Source of the DNA: Prasinococcaceae sp. CCMP 1430
Lineage: Eukaryota > Plantae > Prasinodermophyta
Direction: 5' to 3'
DNA: 64,000 nt
Assembly (NCBI GenBank): GCA_013416795.1
Contig: RQSC01000024.1
Coordinates: forward strand, 225,982-289,981
In this document: one piece after another, positions 55,001 through 64,000 of the stretch
Position numbering within the stretch: the first letter of the stretch is position 1
Layout: each line of letters begins with the position of its first letter
Program-made: the position numbers and the translations under genes
The notes under the pieces: model-generated
What the model was told of the DNA's origin: nothing
The model's input: the letters and a program-made list of their open reading frames with translations, nothing else
Database searches by the model: none

Positions 55001-58000
55001 TCAATGGAGCCCCTTCTCTAGCTCTTCGAGCCGCCGCCTGAGCGCGGCATTCTCCTCGCGCAGCGCCGCGACATCACCGCTGTCGGGCGCAGCCACGGAG
55101 GCCCTCTTTTGGGCAGGCTGAGCATGGGCGGGCTCATCAGAGCCGCCATCGCAGGGGCGCGCGCGCTTGCGCTCGCCATCTCTCAAACCGTCGCCAGGCC
55201 TGGCCCTCTCGGTCCCGTTACTATCGGTCACCTCCAGTCGCACCAGTCCGGGCAGTTCGTCAGTACCAGGCACCTCGCCCAGGGCAGCCGCATGTACGAT
55301 GCTCTCCAAGCTGCCAAGGAGCGTCCTGACGGGGATCGGCTTCGCGCACAAGAAGTCTACGCCCTTGCGCGCGTACGTGCGTGCGTCGTCGGGCATTGAG
55401 TTGGCCGTCACGAGCACAACCGGCAGACGGCGAGGGGGGTCAAAACTGCTGACGTTGAGTACTTCTTGGTGTGCCCGAGCCTCCGCCTCGACTGCCCGCA
55501 GCTTCTGCGTCACGTCTGTGCCGTACAGCCCGGGCATGACCTCGTCCAGCAAGGCGATGTCGAATGATGACGTGCGAAGCAGCTTCAGAGCGTCTTTGCC
55601 GTTCATGGCGGTCTCTATGTGTGGCGAAGGACTTCCCTGACTCTTGGCCGCCTTGCGCAATGCCATCTGCAGAATTCGCACGTTGGTGTGTTCGTCGTCG
55701 CAGATTAGCACGCGCAAGGCTTCCTTTGGCACTGCGCCGGCCTTCCCGCTCGCAGCACCATCCGTCGACTGTTCACCGCGCGCGGGCGCAATGACGTTCG
55801 CCGGCGCGGAGGCTCCCTCAGGTGTGCTCAATTCCGGTGGTGCGCGCGCCGAGGCCGACGGCGCCTGCGCGCGCGCACTTGCGCCACTGACGATTGACTT
55901 CGCGGTGCTTTCGCTGGCCGCTGCGCGCGCATTTGCAGTGCCGTCGCCGCCGCGAATTGTGTGCACGGCCGACTCCATGCGGCACTCGGAGGGCACGCCT
56001 GTTGCCATGAACTCAAACAGACCGCGCGGAATTGGCGATGAGGGCCTCTCAGAGCGGACAAGTGCATCGCCACGAGCGCTAGGGGCAATCCTGAAGGGAA
56101 CGGTGCACGTGAAGATCGAGCCCGCGCCCAGCACGCTCTCGACGGAGATATCGCCACCCAAGCAGCGCGCGATCGTGCGCGCGTAGTACAAGCCTAGGCC
56201 AGTCGACCCAAACTTGGAAACGTTGCTCGAGGCAAGTTCGAAACGCTTGAAGAGCTTCTCACAGTCCTCAGGAGCAATGCCCACGCCAGTGTCGACCACG
56301 GCAATTGACACGAGCACGCGGCTGCCACCACCATCACGGCTATTCGAATCGTTGCTCCCTCCAGCGATGTCCAAGCCTTGCGTGTCTGCAAGGCTCAGAT
56401 CTCCAAACGCAGGCCCTGCGACTTGGCCCTGGCCACGGTCACCAGAGGCACCGCCGCTGCGGTGCCGAGCGCTGGGCGTCCCAGCCGGCGCGTCGTGAGG
56501 CAGCGTCGCTCGCGTGCACTCGGCATGGAGTTCAATTTGCCCCGCCGGCGTGTACTTCACGGCATTCCACACTATGTTCGAGATCATCTGCGTCAGGCGG
56601 ACGTTGTCGCCCACAACGTGGCGAAGTCCGCGCAGCCCCCCCACGTCAAGACCCAGCCGTAGGCCCTTGGCGCTTGCTGCGGGGCGCACTCCCTGGAGGC
56701 AGTCCGAAATTGCAGCTTGCAGGTCGAAGGCCTGCGAGTTCAGCTTGAACTTGCCTTGCTCTATGGCCGTCGCGTCCAACACGTCGTCCACCACACGCCG
56801 CAGTTGCCTAGTGCAGGACTCAGTTGTCTGCAAAAGCTCGCCCATCTCTTCGCCGAGCATCGAGGAGCCCGAACGCATGAACTCGGTGGCGGCCACGATT
56901 CCGTTGAGAGGGTTGCGGATCTCGTGGCAGAGGAAGGAGATGGTGTTGGACTTTGCGCGTACTGCGGCCTCGGCAGCCATGCGCACCGCCTCTGCCTTCT
57001 CAAGAGCGCGTAGCATCGACTGGTCCTGCAGGTAGATGAGGCAACCGCCCTCACCTGGAGCGCCATCTCTCTCGGCGGCGGGGCGCACGCTCAGAACACA
57101 CTCCAGCGCGCGCCCGCGGCACATCACGGTGGTCCGCACGTCGGCTTCAGCGAGCGCGCCCGAGGCAGCCTGCGAGCTTCCTTCTGCGCGCGTGGCACGA
57201 ATGAGCGCTAGCTCCAGAGGGAAGAGCTGCTTGGTAGCCACCTGCATGCAACTTGCACCGCCCGCGCCTGTCCCTATCACCTCCTCAAGGAAAAGCTTGC
57301 CCACAACCTCGCGTGATGCTATCCCGCCTGTGACGACCTCCATCGCGTGATTCCAGAGAGTCACGCGCAGGTTGCGATCCAGGCAGAGGACTGGCGACTG
57401 CATGTTTTCGAGGAATCCAGGCTGCTCAGTCGAGGCAATGGCCGCGGAAATCTCCTTGGCGAGGACGACTGCGCTCGCTTGAGCGGGGGTGTTGCGCGCG
57501 GAGCGCACACCGGCAGGCGCTGCCACTACATCGCCGATGAGGCGCAGAATGCAACTTTCGCCAGATGCGGTCGTGCCCATGATGGCGAAGGCAACCCCGT
57601 GCGCCTCAGCGGTACCAACTCCCTCACCGTCGGATGCACTGTCGAGCGTGCTGCTCAGCGCTGCAGCCAGGGGTGACGCTGGTCCACCCTCCAGGCACGA
57701 GACCAGGGGCGTCCCGATGACTGCGTCAGCGTATAACCCTGTGCTCTGCTGTAGCCACCGATTCCACGTGCAGATCTCGCCGTTCGCGCTGACAGTCATG
57801 CATGCCATCGGGGCTCGATCGATGAGAAGGGAAAGCTCCGCTGCGACTTTCTCCAGCTCGCCCATGTCGCTCAATCTCGAGCGGTTGAGCACCGAAGCAA
57901 TGCCTGCGCGCAGCAACGATCCTGTGGCCGCTTCGACTGCGTCACGCAAGACGGCCACTAGCGCACCCGCACCACGCGCGGCAATACGGGGCCAAAGCTC

Positions 58001-60088
58001 GCATGTGCCGCGCAGCTGCTCCAGCACGACTGCAAAAGATGAGCGCGGTCCAAGGCGAGGTGCGCCCTTTACATCATCGTCACCAGCGCCATCGTCGTGA
58101 TCGATGACAACAACGTCCCTGCTATCCCCACGTGCTCCGGCCCACTTGATGTCCTGCAGCAGTTCTGCTCGCGTCCAGATGATCATGCCACCAATGGCGC
58201 GGCGCCCCTTTGGGCTGCCGACGGCACTGCCGCCACTCTCTGCGATTTCAGGATCAGAGCAGGCTCCTTCTTCAAGAGCGCTCGCTCCATTGTGCCCGTC
58301 GGTGCCTGTCACGCCCGCGGGTAGTTCGATGGCAACCACGCCAGCGATGCCTCCGGCGACCGCCTGTGCGGCGGCCAGAGCGGCGTAGCCCGCGACCTCA
58401 AGCGAGTCGCACACAAACACGCCCGGGTGCTGCGCGTCCTCGTGAAGCTTGCCCGAAGACTTAATCCAGCGAGCCACGCGCGCAGCCTCGATGCGCCCGG
58501 ATTCCGCTGCGCCCTCGCATGCAATGACAGTGCAACTGCTGTCGAGCACGAAGACCCCATCGGCGTCAAAGGGAACAGCCTCACGCAGTGTGTGTAGGGA
58601 CCCTGACAGCACTTCGGTTGCTTTCTGCCTCGGATTGTCCGCGATGATGAGCTCCACCAACCGCGAGTTGGCGCGCGCGTTGCGGTCAGCTGTGGACAGC
58701 CGGGCGATCTCGAGCTCGTGCTCCAGGCGCTGTGTGAAGATCTGTGCAATCATCGACAGACAAACGCGCGTGTGCAGGGGCACGAAGCGCGGCGAGATGT
58801 TGTGGCAAACCACCATTCCCCACATGCGCAGCGCGGGCTTGCCACCGCCAGCGCTCGACGAGCCGCCGATGTCTTCGTGTGCGTCATCGGCCGAGTCCGC
58901 CGCAGCGGCGGCAATGATGAGTGGAACGACAAGAGTGCCACGCACACCCATGTTGTTGAGATATTCTTTGTGACACCCGATCGTCCCGCGGATCTGTGAG
59001 CCGGCCAAAAGGGCCTGCCGGCAACCAAATGCTGAGGCGAGGTCGCCCTCCGCGCACTGCAGCACAGGCGATGGCGTGTCGTTGACGTCCGCCAGCAACC
59101 GCGGCGCTGGGTGCTTGGTCAAGAGCCTCCGATTGACCTGGGGAAGGTCGGTCGCCGGCCAATGCAGGTGCAGGAAGGACGGGACTGACTCGGCGCGGCG
59201 TGCTTCGGCGCACACCTCGCCGTGCATGTCCGCGTGCAGGCGGTACACCATGCAGCGGTCGAAGCCAGATATCTCCCGCACCTCGCAAGCGAGCGCCTCG
59301 CAGAGCGTGGCCTCGCCGCGCAGGGCGCGCAGCCGCATCGCCGCGCCCGCCGCCGCGCGGTGACATTGCGACACGCCCGGTGGTAGGTCGCGCACGTCAT
59401 CTGCTGAACTGTCTGAGTCAGAGTCAGAGTCGGAGCCACAGCCACCAAATGTAGCGCCGACAGCCGCACCGGTATGACTCCCGTCAGCGTTTGCTTCGCA
59501 CCCGGGGAGCGGGGCCAACGGGCTCGTATGTGTCGATTCAAGGTCTATCACAACTCCTTCCTCAGTCACGTGTACAGCAGCAGCGAGCGCTCCACCGTGC
59601 TCCTTCGACCGCCGCCGCGCGTCGGCCTCGCGTGGCGCGATAGCGATCGGCGTGCGTGCTTCAGGCGCTCCCGATGCCGCAGCGGCGCAGATTTTGCGCA
59701 ACGAGCGCGACGTCAGGGCGCGGGACGCTGGCGCTCCGAGCAGCTCGGACGCGCCCACGCCGAGCATCGGCGCGCACGTCTCCGACGCTGCGATGACGCG
59801 TGGCGCAGGCGGGCGTGCCGTAGGCCCCGCACGGCCGCCGCTCTGGCCCTTGCCGCCCTTAGGCGCGGCTGCCAGCGTGTGAGCGCCAAATGCGAGCGCG
59901 TGCGCCCGCTCGAGGATGAGCACGGCGCCATGTCCTTGGACGACGCCAGGACGATAAATTCGCTCCGTCACCTTCTCCACAAGCCGCGCACGCTCGGCCG
60001 CGTCGGCGCCGTCCGCGGCGCGCGCGGCAATCACATCCGCGTCGGCCGCGTCGAGCTCGTCGGCTGTGCGCACCGCGGCGCGCGCCAT
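55001..60088 (-). CDS. PHY: Phytochrome, PAS-GAF-PHY-PAS-PAS-HisKA-HATPase-REC; intronless (1695 aa)
   Basis: GVVIDLE, SGFDRCMVY, WPATDLPQ, GCHKEYLNNMGV (bilin Cys codon 58975-58973), PRSSF tongue, CHEIRNPLNG (His 56926-56924), NAVKYT, DTGVG, GLGL, REC with DD, D(55546-55544)EVMP and KP. Confidence 0.95.
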   Translation of the reverse strand: MARAAVRTADELDAADADVIAARAADGADAAERARLVEKVTERIYRPGVVQGHGAVLILERAHALAFGAHTLAAAPKGGKGQSGGRAGPTARPPAPRVIAASETCAPMLGVGASELLGAPASRALTSRSLRKICAAAASGAPEARTPIAIAPREADARRRSKEHGGALAAAVHVTEEGVVIDLESTHTSPLAPLPGCEANADGSHTGAAVGATFGGCGSDSDSDSDSSADDVRDLPPGVSQCHRAAAGAAMRLRALRGEATLCEALACEVREISGFDRCMVYRLHADMHGEVCAEARRAESVPSFLHLHWPATDLPQVNRRLLTKHPAPRLLADVNDTPSPVLQCAEGDLASAFGCRQALLAGSQIRGTIGCHKEYLNNMGVRGTLVVPLIIAAAAADSADDAHEDIGGSSSAGGGKPALRMWGMVVCHNISPRFVPLHTRVCLSMIAQIFTQRLEHELEIARLSTADRNARANSRLVELIIADNPRQKATEVLSGSLHTLREAVPFDADGVFVLDSSCTVIACEGAAESGRIEAARVARWIKSSGKLHEDAQHPGVFVCDSLEVAGYAALAAAQAVAGGIAGVVAIELPAGVTGTDGHNGASALEEGACSDPEIAESGGSAVGSPKGRRAIGGMIIWTRAELLQDIKWAGARGDSRDVVVIDHDDGAGDDDVKGAPRLGPRSSFAVVLEQLRGTCELWPRIAARGAGALVAVLRDAVEAATGSLLRAGIASVLNRSRLSDMGELEKVAAELSLLIDRAPMACMTVSANGEICTWNRWLQQSTGLYADAVIGTPLVSCLEGGPASPLAAALSSTLDSASDGEGVGTAEAHGVAFAIMGTTASGESCILRLIGDVVAAPAGVRSARNTPAQASAVVLAKEISAAIASTEQPGFLENMQSPVLCLDRNLRVTLWNHAMEVVTGGIASREVVGKLFLEEVIGTGAGGASCMQVATKQLFPLELALIRATRAEGSSQAASGALAEADVRTTVMCRGRALECVLSVRPAAERDGAPGEGGCLIYLQDQSMLRALEKAEAVRMAAEAAVRAKSNTISFLCHEIRNPLNGIVAATEFMRSGSSMLGEEMGELLQTTESCTRQLRRVVDDVLDATAIEQGKFKLNSQAFDLQAAISDCLQGVRPAASAKGLRLGLDVGGLRGLRHVVGDNVRLTQMISNIVWNAVKYTPAGQIELHAECTRATLPHDAPAGTPSARHRSGGASGDRGQGQVAGPAFGDLSLADTQGLDIAGGSNDSNSRDGGGSRVLVSIAVVDTGVGIAPEDCEKLFKRFELASSNVSKFGSTGLGLYYARTIARCLGGDISVESVLGAGSIFTCTVPFRIAPSARGDALVRSERPSSPIPRGLFEFMATGVPSECRMESAVHTIRGGDGTANARAAASESTAKSIVSGASARAQAPSASARAPPELSTPEGASAPANVIAPARGEQSTDGAASGKAGAVPKEALRVLICDDEHTNVRILQMALRKAAKSQGSPSPHIETAMNGKDALKLLRTSSFDIALLDEVMPGLYGTDVTQKLRAVEAEARAHQEVLNVSSFDPPRRLPVVLVTANSMPDDARTYARKGVDFLCAKPIPVRTLLGSLESIVHAAALGEVPGTDELPGLVRLEVTDSNGTERARPGDGLRDGERKRARPCDGGSDEPAHAQPAQKRASVAAPDSGDVAALREENAALRRRLEELEKGLH

Positions 60089-60435
60089 CCCCCGGCCCCC
60101 CGCCGACTGCCACGCAGCGCCGCCGCCGCCGCGCGGATAAATATGCCCTTCGCGCTCGCGCGCGCGTGGCGCATAAAAAACGCCAAAAAGTGACTCCGCG
60201 CAATCCACGTTGGACCGAAAAAGCACACAGCATACCTTGGTACCATCCGGATGGTAAAGGAGACCACCGCCCTCGCCTCGTTACAACCCCCATCCGAAAT
60301 TCCCGCCGTGGTTTTCCGCGGTGGGCGTCAAACGCAATTCGAAACGCGCCCCCAGCGGCGCGCGTATCTCACGCAACGCGTCGTCGAAATTGGTAAACCG
60401 CCGTGGTACGTACTACGTAACGTACGGTGCACTCT

Positions 60436-60468
60436 AGATTTTTAGATTTTTTAGATTTTTAGATTTTT
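60436..60468. repeat. Four copies of AGA(T)5-6 between PHY and the secreted-protein gene
   Basis: AGATTTTT AGATTTTTT AGATTTTT AGATTTTT. Confidence 0.85.
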
Positions 60469-60536
60469 GGCGGTGGGCGCCCGCGCACTGTCCGCGCTCG
60501 CCGCCATGCACGCGCTCGCGAGTTGGCTGCCAGGTG

Positions 60537-62215
60537 TCAGTCCTCAACAAAGTTCGCGCGGCAATTGAAACGGTCGATCTTGCTCAGACACGCCTTGTTG
60601 CCCAGCTCGAAGCCGCCCATGACCTTGATGTGCGGCGCGTCGCCGCAGTGCGTGTAACCCACGCCCTCGAAGACGCTGCCCACATGCAAGGTCGACGTCG
60701 TATTGAGGTTGTAGCCGGCCGGCTTGCAGCAGCGAAATCCGGTTATGTAGTCCACATTCATTGACCCGCTCGCCTTGTACATGCCTGTGAGGTAGTACCC
60801 ATCGTCGCATGTCTTGAACTTATGTCTATATCCAGTGGACCATGAACTGGTGACACACTCGGGGTTATCGTTGTTGTCAACGGGCACGCACTTGTATCGT
60901 TGGAGGAGACCCAGCTTGTCGCAGCCATCTCTGTACAAAGCCGCGCCAAGGCGGGCAGTGTGGGCGCGCGGTAGCTGTCAGTGCCGCGCATTGCATGCAC
61001 TCGCGGGTCTGGCGGGCCAGCGCGACACGCTTCGCAGACATGCATCCGCGCGCATCACACGTGCGCATGCGGCACGCGCGCGCGCACGCTCGCGTGCATG
61101 CATTCAAGCATGCGCGGATGAGGTGCGCTCCGAGCATCCTAGTCCTACTGGCAGACAGTCAGGCGTCAGTTGTCTAATGTCCGAGCCGGCGCGCATGACG
61201 TACTCGTTATCGCGATAGAACCCGGCGATGGCGTCCGAGTCGCTGTCGCAGTTTCTCCAGCCCGCGTCTCCCGAGAAATCGACAGTCTTCTCGTATTCGT
61301 CCGTGGCGGTGAACGAGGGAGGATCCGGCGGTGGCGGCAGCGGCGACGGGCTCGGTGGCGGGCTCGGTGGCGGGCTCGGCGGCGGCGACGGGCAGTCCAG
61401 CACGGCGTTCGCCTTGCGCGCCGCCTCCTCCACGTCACGGATGCGCTGCCGCAACGCCTCGATGCGCGAACCCACGTCCTGCCAGAGAGCGCGAGCGGGC
61501 GGGCGGGGGCGGGCGGGCGACAAGAGAAGAGACAACGCGCCACGACGACCCGCGACGGAGACGCCACGCGTCAGATGCGCACGCGCGCTCGCGCGCGTGC
61601 GCGCGCACACGCGCGCGCAAACAACGCTAACAGCAAGCTGCACGCGCAAAGGCACTCGCGCACGCCCATGCGCCGCACACGCACCTGGCCGTTCACCTCG
61701 AGCTGACCGTGCACCGACACCGTGTGCTCGTACCTGCCCGCCCTGAAGTTGTACACCGAGCCGATGTCGGCGATGGGCACTCCGCCCACGCTCCAAAGCG
61801 TGCCTGCGCCGTCCGCCTGGCACGAGGTGGACCCGCCTTCGCCCCCCGCTTCGTCGCCATGGTCCTGCCAATAATAGTCTTCGTGCTCAGGCGAGCCCGG
61901 GGAGTAGAAGCGAGGCGGTGGCGCGTACAGAGGGGGCTGCTCACCCTCCTCATGCAGCAACAGCTCGCGACGGCGCGGCCGCGCGCCGCGCGCCGCTGTG
62001 GTTGGCGCTTCAGCGTCGCCCGAGACGCGCGACCGCGACGCACGAGCGAGCGTCTCGCCCACAGAGCGCGCCAGCACGTCAATCTCGCTCCGGGGGGCCG
62101 CCTCGGCGCGCGCGCGGTGGCCGCCCTGAGCCACCGCCGCGTTCGCGGTCGGCGGGGCGGACAGAGCCAGACACAGCGCTACGGCCAGTGCCAGCCACGC
62201 GCTCCGCACCGCCAT
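60537..62215 (-). CDS. Secreted protein: signal peptide, coiled segment, Ser-Pro3 hydroxyproline-rich linker, three-repeat Cys-rich module; exons 62215-61685, 61478-61204, 60930-60537
   Basis: MAVRSAWLALAVALCLALSAPPTANA signal; CPSPPPSPPPSPPPSPSPLPPPP; spliced repeats AIAGFYRDNEDGCDKLGLLQRYKC, YLTGMYKASGSMNVDYITGFRCC, VMGGFELGNKACLSKIDRFNC. Confidence 0.7.
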
Positions 62216-62299
62216 GCCTCGCGCGCTTCTGCGAGTCGACGCGCGCGCTTCCACCATGCCTCCCCCCTCATCCTCCCCTCCCGCCCTGGCGAGCCTCAC

Positions 62300-63480
62300 C
62301 TTCGAGCGCCGCTCCGCCTGCATGCGGCTCTTGATTAGCTGCACCGGGTAGGTGATGAGAGTGGCGCCCACCTTCGCCAGGGCGCCCTGCGAGAATGTCT
62401 CCAGCGGCGTGAGCATCAGTTTGGCGTCCGAGCGCACGCCCTTGGCCTTGCGCACCCGCGCGCTCAGCTGCTCGATCAGCACGAATTGCACTGCCGGATT
62501 GGACACCATCACCAAATTGGGAATCAGCCTGTGTGCGTTGCGCACGCGCGCGGGATGTGGGACGGAAGCCGCGTCAGTCGCAATGCACCCATCGACGCGA
62601 GTGGCGCGCCCCCGACTATCCCTCTCTCCCACACGCTCGCTCGCTCCCGCGCCCGTGCCCGCCGGGCGCGCGTACCCGCGGTAGAACGCCTTGATCCCCC
62701 CTTCGTCCAGGAGCGCCTGGCACTCCGCGATCATGCCACCGTCGCCGTCCGAGCTGACGTCCACGCCGCTACGGCGCTTCGTCTGCAGGCGGGTCACAAC
62801 CGTCCAGATGGGCTGCGTGATGCACACGTTCACCGCACCCGCGACCATCGAGACGTAGAGAGACTCGAGCGCAGAGACGTCCTGGTTTTTGCGCCTGCTG
62901 ACGATGGCGTGGCGCAGCTTCTGGTACATGAAGAAGTAGATGCCCTGCGAAGCGGCGGTTCCAATGAGCGCGGGCTTGATGCCGCCGAAGAGCGCTTGCC
63001 ATCCCTCGGCCTTTGCGAGTGCCACCACCTCGGAGAAGCCGGGGCGGACTTTGCGCGCGGACTGCGCGTGGGGGGCGAGGCACGGCGGTCAGCACGTTGC
63101 GGGCGGGCGAGCGGGGGGCGGCGGGGAGGGAGAGATGGATGGCGACTCGCGCTCGCTCGCCCGCTCACGTGGATCGCTGTGGCACGCGCGCGCGCAAATG
63201 GCAGCGGCAGGCCGGGCCGAGGGCGGCAGCCATGCGTGAGAGTGGCATCCACCGGACCGCTTCATCCCACGGCCACCGGCCTTCCGAGATGTCCAACAGA
63301 TGCCCTCGCACGCCAGCGCTGCGCCGCGCGGCGCGTGCGTACCACGTCCACGCTCCCTGTCTTCCTGCTGTGCACCGCCTGCCTCGTGGAGACGGTCATC
63401 AGCGGGAAGGTGGCCGTGAGGGCCATCATGCCGCCGAGGGCGCCCGCGATAGCATGGAGGCCCGCCTCCGAATCCGACAT
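62300..63480 (-). CDS. PXN: Mitochondrial carrier family protein, peroxisomal PXN/PMP34 (SLC25A17)-like; exons 63480-63343, 63061-62676, 62528-62300; final exon not found
   Basis: HAIAGALGG..ALTATFPL.TVSTRQ, ALIGTAASQGIYFFMY, TQPIWTVVTRLQ, FYRGLIPNLVMVSNPAVQF, TYPVQLIKSRMQ. Confidence 0.85.
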
Positions 63481-64000
63481 GGCTGCAGGCGCAAGGCGGC
63501 GAGAGAGAGGGGAAAGGGGGAAGGGGAAAGGGGGGGAGAAGAGTGAGCGATTCGAGCTGGGGGGGCGGCAGCTCCCACCGCACGCGCGCCACAGCCCGCC
63601 GCGCGTCGAGCCCTCCCTCCCTCACCCCCGCCGTGGCCCTCCCAGCCGTTTCGAAAGCCCCTCCCTCCCTCCTCCTCCCCGGTGCTGCACGCGCCCCGCG
63701 CCCGGCCTCGCTTCTTCCGCGCACCTGTCCCCTGCCCCTCGCCCCCCCGCCCCTCCCCCGCTGTCTTCCCCCTTCCTTCACCTCCCACCCCTCTTCCCGG
63801 CACCGCGCCGCCCTCGCCGCCCTTGCCGCCCCCCTCCGCACCGCGGGGCGTGTCCTGCGCGCGGCGGGTGGCGCCCCCTCACCCTCCTCTCCCCCCCTCC
63901 ACTCCATCTCTCTCTCATCAGTCCCAGTCTCTCCTTTCAATGCGACCACATCCCGAATGCGAATGCGCGTGTGCACGTCGCGAGGTTTTGCGCCAGCGAG

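Noticed and set aside
61571-63028. Single 485-aa carrier-secreted fusion protein as given by the ORF track
   Set aside because: The ORF includes a spliceable 147-nt intron and joins two unrelated genes; treated as a probable assembly junction, kept as a finding but not annotated as one CDS.
63089-63976. 295-aa minus-strand ORF at the window end
   Set aside because: G/R/E-rich translation of a purine/pyrimidine-biased promoter region upstream of PXN; no domain signal.

Overview
Eukaryotic, very GC-rich (about 70% by eye, not computed), gene-dense nuclear DNA with short GT-AG introns, TGTAA poly(A)-signal-like motifs and five N gaps. Gene content (CYP97B, FY/WDR33, plant-type SDH5, PRMT4, CDC5, alpha-tubulin, and a PAS-GAF-PHY-PAS-PAS-HK-REC phytochrome) points to an early-diverging prasinophyte-grade green alga; this placement is an inference. 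About 27 protein-coding loci can be supported. Most notable: (i) two intronless bacterial-envelope-type glycosyltransferases, an OpgH/MdoH-like glucan synthase and a cyanobacterial-type LpxB-like enzyme with a transit-peptide-like extension; (ii) a DUF3825+2xRRM fusion in a run of RNA-metabolism genes that also includes an UNR/CSDE1-like protein and a 2H phosphoesterase; (iii) a Sec16 carrying four WW domains; (iv) a CNBD channel whose selectivity filter lacks three residues; (v) a phytochrome with substitutions in the bilin pocket; (vi) a cluster of intron lengths at 144-148 nt; (vii) a 53-bp, lower-GC minisatellite. Several abrupt gene-to-gene junctions with missing exons or start codons suggest local assembly collapses. 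All family assignments come from motif recognition by eye; no database search was run.
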